Source: Acidobacteriota bacterium (GTDB lineage: Bacteria; Acidobacteriota; UBA890; WLXD01). Taken from it: 64,000 nucleotides of DNA. Shown here in pieces: positions 48,841 through 56,637 of the stretch. The first letter of the stretch is position 1. Each line of letters begins with the position of its first letter. The position numbers and the translations under genes are program-made. The stretch spans positions 896,001 to 960,000 of the forward strand of contig CBDFKD010000002.1 in the NCBI GenBank assembly GCA_965248695.1. The letters run 5' to 3'. The notes under the pieces are model-generated. The model made no database searches. It had not been told where the DNA came from and saw only the letters and a program-made list of their open reading frames with translations.

Positions 48841-50010
48841 TTGAGCCAGGAAAAACTCGAACAGGCTCAAACCCGCCTGAGACAACTGAAGGACCGCCTG
48901 GCCCAACAGAAAGAACAGAACACGGTGTGGAAAGCGGAGATCAAGAAGCTCCGCTCGGACAAGAAGTTGTTGAAAACGGAGGTTTCGAAGCTCCGCGCGA
49001 ATGCTGACGCGCTGATTGGGGTATCAGAACCGTCCATTACGGCTCAACTTCGCCTGCGGCAAGCGCCGCCAGTCCATGAGCCGATGCTGTTGATCTCCCA
49101 GGTCCAACGGAGTGGAGGCACTCTGCTTGCCCAGTTGTTCGATGGCCATCCAGAGTGCTTTGCTCATCCATATGAGCTCAAGTGGGGGCGACCGCTCAAA
49201 TGGGATTGGCCGGAAATCGACCTGGAGCAAGACGTCGACACGACATTCAGTCGTCTGCAACAGAAATGGCTAGTGGAATTCGCGAGACAGGGCTTCTACG
49301 AGAAACAAGTGCAGGGGCGGGCTCAGCGAGAGATTCAGTACAAACACCCGTTCCTCTTCGACCTCACGTTGCAAAAGACTGTATTCACTGAACAAGTTAA
49401 GCATGCGAGTCAGGAGCGCGATGTTCTCGATGCCTTTCTGACAAGCTTCTTCGATGCCTGGTTGGACTACCAAGGCGCGTATGGCGGGACCAAGAGATAT
49501 GTCGTGGCCTTCACGCCCCGCGTTCATATGGAGGGTCAGAGCCTGGCGCGGTTCTTTGCCCACTATCCGGATGGGGTGTTGCTCAGCATCGTCAGGGATC
49601 CGGCAGCCTGGTACGCGTCGGCGATGAAGCATCGATTCGTTCACGACAGATCAGACTTTGACAGTCTCTTGGACCTGTGGCGCAGATCCACCGAATCGAC
49701 TCTGGACGCAAAACGTCGTTACGGCGACCGTGTACAGCTCGTGACCTTTGAGGAGCTCCTGACTCAGCCGGAGGCGACCACAATGCGTATCTGCCGTGGC
49801 CTCGGATTGGAATGGGATCCCTGTATGTTGCGACCGACCTTCAACAACATGGAGATCCTCTCCGACAGTAGTTTCGTTCCGGCAAGAGGTATCGACGCCG
49901 CTGCGACTCATCGCTACATGGACGTTCTGCCTGAGGCCACCATCGAGACGATACGGAGCACGTGTGGTGACCTCTACTCTGGGGCCATTGCCACCGTCCA
50001 TGCTTGTTGA
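48841..50010 (+). CDS. Sulfotransferase with an N-terminal coiled coil
   Basis: QRSGGTLLAQLFDGHP (5'-PSB), IVRDPAAWYAS (3'-PB) and VTFEELLTQPE; TTG start after a purine-rich RBS. Confidence 0.8.
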   Translation: MSQEKLEQAQTRLRQLKDRLAQQKEQNTVWKAEIKKLRSDKKLLKTEVSKLRANADALIGVSEPSITAQLRLRQAPPVHEPMLLISQVQRSGGTLLAQLFDGHPECFAHPYELKWGRPLKWDWPEIDLEQDVDTTFSRLQQKWLVEFARQGFYEKQVQGRAQREIQYKHPFLFDLTLQKTVFTEQVKHASQERDVLDAFLTSFFDAWLDYQGAYGGTKRYVVAFTPRVHMEGQSLARFFAHYPDGVLLSIVRDPAAWYASAMKHRFVHDRSDFDSLLDLWRRSTESTLDAKRRYGDRVQLVTFEELLTQPEATTMRICRGLGLEWDPCMLRPTFNNMEILSDSSFVPARGIDAAATHRYMDVLPEATIETIRSTCGDLYSGAIATVHAC

Positions 50011-50085
50011 CGCTGACCGGTTTCTCACTACCTGTGCTGATGGTCCTCCGGGCTTGATCGAACCCAGAGCCCGAGTGCTGCCATT

Positions 50086-51975
50086 GTGATCAGCTTCCGA
50101 AACGTCACCAAGACGTACTTCACGAACATTGACGCGTCGCGCAAGAATGCGATGCGGCGGATCATCAGCCCTTTCCAGCCGGGTCGCCGCCCGCTGCGGC
50201 CTACTCAGAAGTTCAGCCTGGAGGGCCTGTCGTTCGAGGTCCAACGGGGCGAGACGGCCCTCATTCTGGGCCCCAAGGGGTCGGGCAAGGAGACCGCTGC
50301 GCGTCTGATCTGTGGTCTGACGTCGCCGAGCTCGGGAACAGTGACGGTCAATGGCACGACGCGTCTCGTCAAGCCTCAGCGGCTGGGCGCCACGCCGGTG
50401 ATGCGACTGCGCGAGTACGCCCGGCTCGTTGCTCTCCTTCTCGGGGAGGACTCGCGCAACGTCGCGCGGACGGTGGAGACCCTCCTGGAAGGCTGCCATG
50501 TCTCGGCGTGGGAGGACATTTACCTACACAACGTGCCGGACGAAGCTGTGAAGAGGCTCGGGTTTTACGCCTCCCTGATGATCGACGCTGACGTCTACGT
50601 ATTCGACAATGTGGTTGGGCTTCGCACCGCAGATCGCGAGTTCCGCGAACAGGTGGACGCGCGTATCGCCGACATCGTCGCTTCCAAGACAGTAGTGTTT
50701 CTGCTCTCCAAGACGCCCCGAATTTCCGCCGACCACAGCTTCATCATGCACCGCGGGAAGTTCATCTACGAGGGCCAACCAGAGCTCACGGCAGCGGTGT
50801 ACGACGGTCTGTCCGCGACCTTCGAGGAGGTCGGAGAGGCGGCATTGTCGGAGAGCCTGGCTACAACGATTGCCGAGGTCGAGGAGACGTTCGACGGCTC
50901 GCAGGGACTGGCTGTCTCCCCCGATGAGGTGGAGCGGGTCGACCATCACCTGACCGTGAGCCTCGATGCAGAGAAGGAACTGGAGAAAATCGCCGGCGGC
51001 GGCCGGCCGATCATCGTAGGGCCGTATCTGGGAAGCATCGAGCTGGAGTTGCTCTTCTGGATACCTTGGATTCGATGGCTGGTGCGGCACTTCGAGATCC
51101 GACCCGATCGTCTCGTCTGTGTCTCGCGGGGCGGCGCCGACGACTGGTACAACGAGCTCGGCGCACGCTACGTCGATGCGCTGGACCTGATGTCGCCCAG
51201 CGACCTCGAGGATCGCCACGAGCGAAGATTCCGAGACGGTCGACATCGTCAGATGACCGTCGAACTGCTCGACAAGGTGCTCTTCACCCGCGCCCTGGCC
51301 AAGGCGGGGATCTCCGACCGGGAAGACGCCGACTGGCTGCATCCGTCGACCTTTTTTCAACTGTTCATGCCGACCTGGCGCGGCACAATCGCCCCATCGT
51401 TCATGTTGGAAAGGATGTCGGTGGAGCCTGTGCGCGGGCACCGGCGGGGGTCGGCGGCAGACGGTCGACCCAGAGTCGCTGTGTGGTTCGGGGCAACCCC
51501 CTATCTGCGATGGAACGCGGCCATTGAAGTGGTTCTGCGCCACACGCTCACGACGATCGCCCGGGACGCGCTGGTGATCGACGCGCTGACCGGTCAGACC
51601 GCCGACCCGCCGTTCGACGCCATACTCAGTGCCTTCGGCCGCTCGCCCGAGCTACAGGGTGCGCTGACTACACGTGACAGTCTCCAGCGGGCCACCGATA
51701 CGATTGCCAACGCCGATGTGTATGTTGGCGCGTACGGCAGCTTCTCCTACCTGGCGCCGTTGTGTGGGGTTCCGGCCGTGTCGCTCTACACGGAGCCGGC
51801 AAAGTACCGGCCGAGCCCCCACGGGATCCTGGCGGTGAACCTGCACGTCGGCAGGTTGCTCTTGGAGCAACTCTCCGGGAGCCTGCCGCTGGCCTTCGAG
51901 GCGTCTTCCGTATCCGCCGAGGAGCTCTCCTCGCTGATCCGCGGTGAGTTGGCCCAGCGCCGCGAGATGACCTGA
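50086..51975 (+). CDS. Wzt-like ABC domain (degenerate) fused to a GT9-like domain
   Basis: ISFRNVTKTY, LSFEVQRGE, GPKGSGKE and VYVFDN; the C-terminal domain is shared with the genes at 56638 and 59442. Confidence 0.75.
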   Translation: MISFRNVTKTYFTNIDASRKNAMRRIISPFQPGRRPLRPTQKFSLEGLSFEVQRGETALILGPKGSGKETAARLICGLTSPSSGTVTVNGTTRLVKPQRLGATPVMRLREYARLVALLLGEDSRNVARTVETLLEGCHVSAWEDIYLHNVPDEAVKRLGFYASLMIDADVYVFDNVVGLRTADREFREQVDARIADIVASKTVVFLLSKTPRISADHSFIMHRGKFIYEGQPELTAAVYDGLSATFEEVGEAALSESLATTIAEVEETFDGSQGLAVSPDEVERVDHHLTVSLDAEKELEKIAGGGRPIIVGPYLGSIELELLFWIPWIRWLVRHFEIRPDRLVCVSRGGADDWYNELGARYVDALDLMSPSDLEDRHERRFRDGRHRQMTVELLDKVLFTRALAKAGISDREDADWLHPSTFFQLFMPTWRGTIAPSFMLERMSVEPVRGHRRGSAADGRPRVAVWFGATPYLRWNAAIEVVLRHTLTTIARDALVIDALTGQTADPPFDAILSAFGRSPELQGALTTRDSLQRATDTIANADVYVGAYGSFSYLAPLCGVPAVSLYTEPAKYRPSPHGILAVNLHVGRLLLEQLSGSLPLAFEASSVSAEELSSLIRGELAQRREMT

Positions 51976-51982
51976 CCGGCGG

Positions 51983-52804
51983 TCAGAGAACCTCGTCGAC
52001 ACCGATGCGAACGGTGCGCTCGTAGAAGTGCAACGAGAGGGCAGACAGCACCAGGAACCCTGCGATGGTAGCGACGAAGAGAGCGAAGTCGGCAGCCAAT
52101 CCACCCGTGAACCAGGCACGCGGCACGTCAACCAGATAGGTCAACGGATTCCACTTGTTGATCGTGTGGAGGGGTCCGCTCTCCGGCGTCACGTAGAAGA
52201 TGGGCGCTGTCCAAATCAGCAGGCTGGACAGCAGCGGAAGCCCGTAGCGCAGGTCGAGGTACACCAGGTTCAACGGTGCGATCAGGGCACCGATCGCCAG
52301 ACCTGAAACCGCGATCAGCGGCAAGCTCAGGAGGCCGTAGAATACGCCGACACCGGGACTCGCTCCGAACAGGACCAACGCTCCCGCGAGCATCATGGTG
52401 TAGAACACGGCGTTGAAGCCCACGTAGAAGCAGGCCGCCGCCAGGATCGCCTTGTACGGAAACCGCACCCGTGACAGGAGCCTGCGCGTGCGCCGCATGA
52501 CCCACTGGGGGTAGAACAAAGCGTCCCAGAACACCTGCCACATGAGCATGCCGGCGAAAGCGAATAACGGGTACGGAACCCCGAGATCGGCGCCGGCCGC
52601 AAAATTGAACTGCGAGCCGACCAGGATGATCGGAACCCCTACCAGGAGCGGTCGGAGGCAGGCCCAGCTGTAGCCGAAGTAGGTCAGCTTGAAGCGGTAC
52701 TGGAAGTCGCGCCTGAATAGCAGGAATCCGAGGACCATGAGATCGCGCGCACGCCGGTATCTTGTATCCGACCAGTTCGGTACCGTTGCGACCTGTTTCT
52801 CCAT
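51983..52804 (-). CDS. wzm: ABC-2 type polysaccharide exporter permease (Wzm-like)
   Basis: RRDFQYRFKLTYFGYSW..LRPL, YPLFAFAG, APIFY and NPLTYLV; about six TM segments. Confidence 0.85.
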   Translation of the reverse strand: MEKQVATVPNWSDTRYRRARDLMVLGFLLFRRDFQYRFKLTYFGYSWACLRPLLVGVPIILVGSQFNFAAGADLGVPYPLFAFAGMLMWQVFWDALFYPQWVMRRTRRLLSRVRFPYKAILAAACFYVGFNAVFYTMMLAGALVLFGASPGVGVFYGLLSLPLIAVSGLAIGALIAPLNLVYLDLRYGLPLLSSLLIWTAPIFYVTPESGPLHTINKWNPLTYLVDVPRAWFTGGLAADFALFVATIAGFLVLSALSLHFYERTVRIGVDEVL

Positions 52805-52939
52805 TCATCACCTGGCTGGCATCGGGGTACCCGGAACCGTGGACCGGACCATTCTACGCTCGTCCCTACGACAAGAGCGCCGCGGCAGGGCAGAACTTCA
52901 GCCCCTGGTGGGACGACGGTCGATGTCGAGAGTGATCCA

Positions 52940-55015
52940 GTGAGCGGCGGGGCGGCGCATTCCCCCGAGTACGCGTCCTACCAGCGCGTTCGCGCAGCCG
53001 TTCATCTGCTGAAGACCGTCGAGGCCCAACCGGGTGGGATCTTCGAGCCCTCGGACTATTGGCAGGAGGAGCTCGCGAACTTCGGCTACATGCTCGAGGC
53101 GAGCCCGCTGGTCATCGCCAAGCTCAGGCACCACTGCTATCACGTAACCGGCCTGAAGCCCTACGACTACCAGAAAGTGAGCGCTGGACGCCGCGCCGCG
53201 TTTCGCACCAGGTTCACGCAGCTCACAGGCGCCGCCGACGACGCACTCCTGGTGCCGGAATCGCCAATCCTGGGTGGCTTTGGCTACCAGATCGACGGGA
53301 ATCTCTACAACGTCGATACGCTGAAGTACTTCGAGGTGCTCTCCGGCCTGGACCGGGCGCGGATACTCGATCGGCGGTTCCGCAACCCCAGCGGCCGCCG
53401 CCTCGTGTGGGAAGTGGGCGGCGGTTGGGGCGGCCTCGCATACCAGTTCAAGACGCTCTTCCCGGATGTCACCTACGTGATCACCGACTTCGCCGAGCTG
53501 TTCCTCTTCTCGGCCGTATACCTACTGACAGCGTTTCCGGGAGCCCGTGTACGAATCGCCGGCGAGACGCCGGCAGAGGAGTGTCTCCGGGATTGGCAAG
53601 ATGCCGACTTCGTGTTCCTCCCGCAAAGTCGGCCCGACCTCATCCAGCAGGTGCGACCGGATCTGCTGCTGAATACAATCTCGTTCCAGGAGATGACGAC
53701 CGCCCAGGTCGAGACCTATCTCGAGACGGCAGTCAGTGCCCGATGCCCCTTCGTCTACAGCTACAACCGTGATTGCTCGCTCTACAACCAGCAACTCGGC
53801 AGTGTGCGGGAGTGCCTGGGCAATCACTACGAGACTGTCGAGCTGCCGCTACTGGGTGCCGACTATACGGCTGCGGTAAAGGGCAGCCGTGTCGGGCAAC
53901 GTGAACAGCGCTACTTGAAGGTCCTTGAGGACACCGGGTACCGACACGTGCTCGGATATCTACCCCGCCCGGAGGCCACCAGGTCGCCCGATCGGCCCGT
54001 GTCACCGGCGATTTCGTCGGCAATCGACGCTAGTCCGCCGTCTCGCCCGCGGGTCGCACTGGGAATGACCCTCTACAACGGGGGGCGTTTTCTGGAGCAG
54101 GCCCTCACGTCCGTGCTCGCACAAACGCTCGAGGACTTCGTCCTGGCGATCGTCGACGACGGCTCCACAGATGGGTCTGGAGACGTGGCCAAACGCATCG
54201 CCGAGAAGGATGCCCGCGTCGTGTTGCACCGCAACGATCGACGGACCGGAATGGTCGCAGCGTGGCGCCAGGCTTTCGAGCTGGCGCAGACGGCGAGTCA
54301 GGAGGCCGAGTATTTCGCCTGGGTAAGCGATCACGACATCTGGCATCGCAAGTGGCTCGAGACCTTGGTCCAGGAGCTGGACCAGAACGGCGAGTTGGCC
54401 CTGGCGTACCCCCTGACCCAGTTCGTCGACCCCAACGGGGAGTTGGCTTATAAGCAAGTCCCGCTGTTCACGAACCATGGTTTCGGCAAGGTCCCGGCGC
54501 GGTTTCGTTACACCACAGGCAACCTCCGCGGCTGCGGCAACATGGTCTATGGGCTGTTCCGTCGTCGGGCGCTCCGGTCGGCCGGTGTATTCCGATCCAC
54601 CCTGCTACCCGATCGGCTCCTGATGATCGAGCTATCGCTCCACGGACGCACCAAACAGGTGTTCTCTGCCTATTGGTATCGAAGGCAGCTTTCCGAATCG
54701 AGCCTCTTGCGGCAGCAGGAAAGCCTCTTCGCAGACGGGAAGCTACCTTGGGCGGCGCAGTTACCATGGCCGCTTGCATTCGTGCAGACCCTCTTTGGCG
54801 AGTACGTCTTGAACCGCGGCAGCGCCCGGAACCTGGCGCACCGCGGAGTCGGTAGTTGGAGGTTCCTCCGACTGTTGCAGGTGTTGTACAGGGACGAAGT
54901 TGCCGGCATACGACACAAGAAGGACATTCAGAAGCGCAAGTTGCTCAGAGCACGCAGGCAATCGGAAGCGGCAGCCGAGCCGCGGTCGGCGACCGCGAAA
55001 GAGACGCGGCACTAG
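52940..55015 (+). CDS. Putative sugar O-methyltransferase (TIGR04371-like) fused to a GT2 glycosyltransferase
   Basis: SAM motif EVGGGWGGLA and NTISFQEM; GT2 YNGGRFLEQALTSVLAQT, VDDGSTDGS and SDHD. Confidence 0.85.
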   Translation: MSGGAAHSPEYASYQRVRAAVHLLKTVEAQPGGIFEPSDYWQEELANFGYMLEASPLVIAKLRHHCYHVTGLKPYDYQKVSAGRRAAFRTRFTQLTGAADDALLVPESPILGGFGYQIDGNLYNVDTLKYFEVLSGLDRARILDRRFRNPSGRRLVWEVGGGWGGLAYQFKTLFPDVTYVITDFAELFLFSAVYLLTAFPGARVRIAGETPAEECLRDWQDADFVFLPQSRPDLIQQVRPDLLLNTISFQEMTTAQVETYLETAVSARCPFVYSYNRDCSLYNQQLGSVRECLGNHYETVELPLLGADYTAAVKGSRVGQREQRYLKVLEDTGYRHVLGYLPRPEATRSPDRPVSPAISSAIDASPPSRPRVALGMTLYNGGRFLEQALTSVLAQTLEDFVLAIVDDGSTDGSGDVAKRIAEKDARVVLHRNDRRTGMVAAWRQAFELAQTASQEAEYFAWVSDHDIWHRKWLETLVQELDQNGELALAYPLTQFVDPNGELAYKQVPLFTNHGFGKVPARFRYTTGNLRGCGNMVYGLFRRRALRSAGVFRSTLLPDRLLMIELSLHGRTKQVFSAYWYRRQLSESSLLRQQESLFADGKLPWAAQLPWPLAFVQTLFGEYVLNRGSARNLAHRGVGSWRFLRLLQVLYRDEVAGIRHKKDIQKRKLLRARRQSEAAAEPRSATAKETRH

Positions 55016-55064
55016 CTGGCCGCATCCGGCGCTCGCCGAGTCGTTCAAGCGAGCGACAGAGGTG

Positions 55065-56471
55065 TCAGGCGCGAAGAAGCTGTTCCACCGGCATGTCACA
55101 CACGCTCCTGGGCTTCGCCCCGCCGCCCAGCTTCGCCACCGCTGCCGCGCCGAGCTCCCCGGCGTTGACGTCCAGTCCCTGTGGCCTGACGAACTCGGAG
55201 AGGAAGGCCTGGCGGGATGCGGCGCGATCGTCTTGTCCCGCGGCGACGGCCTCGAGTTGGGCCACCGCCTCGCCCACACCGCGAGCCACGTTCAGGGCCT
55301 CCGAGTCGAGCAGGTGCCGGAAGTGCTGGGCCCGCAACTGCGTCTTCTCGTACTGCTTGGTAACGATCGCCACGCACGGGCGGCCGAGAATTAGCGCGTC
55401 GATCATCGCGGTGGTGTTGATCCCGGCGATCGCCGCCGCGTGCTGAACGCTGTCTCGGAAGTCGGCCTGCATGCCGCCGCTCTCGGGCAACTGCCCATCG
55501 GGCGGCCAAACCGCGACGCGGGAATTCGATTGGGCAAGCTCACCAAATGGCGTCGCGTTTGCCGGGTGCGGGCGGATCATGATGCTGGCTCCGCGGAGCG
55601 TCTCAGACTTGTCCAACGCTTCGAGCAAATCGGCTACGAGCCACGACTCGTCCTTGGCGATGTTCTTGGACGACCCGAGATAGAGCACGAACGGCGCGTC
55701 GACTGGCAGCCCGGCGCGGCGCAGCAACTCTGGTCGGTCCACAGCGTCGTGATGGCTATTGAACCACTTGTCGAAGAACGGCGCCCCGGTGAGGAGAATG
55801 TGGCTCTCCGAGATTCCGTGATATCGAACCGCCTCCGAAGCGTGCGCCCGGTTCCAGGCGAGGAGCAAGTCGGGGCGTACGTTGATCAGCCCCTTGGTGC
55901 TCATGTTGTCCCAGCTCAGCACCAGAACCGCGGTCGGGATGCCGAGGGACTTGGCAGCCTTGACGTATTCGATCTCCTCCGTGAAGCGCATGTTCGCCGG
56001 CGATGCAAGAACGACGTCGGGGGCAACGCGCCGCAGATCGGCGACCACGTTCTTGGCGGCGGGCGCCAGCGCCTCGAGTCCGCGCATCGCAACCGACAGC
56101 GCCTTCTGCCCCAGCAGCCAGCGGACAGCAGCCCGGCGATCGACGCGCTTGAAGTTGGGACCGAGGTAGGCGCGCCAGCGATCAAGATAGTAGCTCGATT
56201 GTTCGGAGCGCCGCAGATAGCTGCCGTAGCTGCGTAGCTCCCGCAGCGCGAACAGCGGCGCCCTGAGTCGGTCCCGGCGTGTTTCCGACCAGCGCGATAC
56301 GACGTCTGAATTCTGCTCGAGAAACTCCTGCAATGATACATCGGAGTTGCCGCTGCTCCACCTCTCGTCGAAGCGCAGCTCCAGATCGTGGTCGCGTCGA
56401 CGCAGCGCTTCGAGGAGGCTGCGATAATAGGTGAAATGGTAGACGGAGCGGCCGACGAACAATACGCGCAT
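55065..56471 (-). CDS. GT-B transferase (CDP-glycerol phosphotransferase/KpsS-like fold)
   Basis: SWDNMSTKG, TGAPFFD, LYLGSS, IRPHP and GINTTAMIDA; paralogous to the N-terminal halves of the next two genes. Confidence 0.75.
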   Translation of the reverse strand: MRVLFVGRSVYHFTYYRSLLEALRRRDHDLELRFDERWSSGNSDVSLQEFLEQNSDVVSRWSETRRDRLRAPLFALRELRSYGSYLRRSEQSSYYLDRWRAYLGPNFKRVDRRAAVRWLLGQKALSVAMRGLEALAPAAKNVVADLRRVAPDVVLASPANMRFTEEIEYVKAAKSLGIPTAVLVLSWDNMSTKGLINVRPDLLLAWNRAHASEAVRYHGISESHILLTGAPFFDKWFNSHHDAVDRPELLRRAGLPVDAPFVLYLGSSKNIAKDESWLVADLLEALDKSETLRGASIMIRPHPANATPFGELAQSNSRVAVWPPDGQLPESGGMQADFRDSVQHAAAIAGINTTAMIDALILGRPCVAIVTKQYEKTQLRAQHFRHLLDSEALNVARGVGEAVAQLEAVAAGQDDRAASRQAFLSEFVRPQGLDVNAGELGAAAVAKLGGGAKPRSVCDMPVEQLLRA

Positions 56472-56637
56472 GTCAACAGCGGTGGCAGGGGCCCGGATCG
56501 AGCCCCACGGGTGGAGACCTGACCGACCCGGGCGGGATTCTCGTGGGATTCATTCTCCGCAGACGGCCCCGCGGACACAATACCGTACCCACCCTCCGAT
56601 CACCGTACAGCAATGACCCAGTGACGGGCCATCTGAG

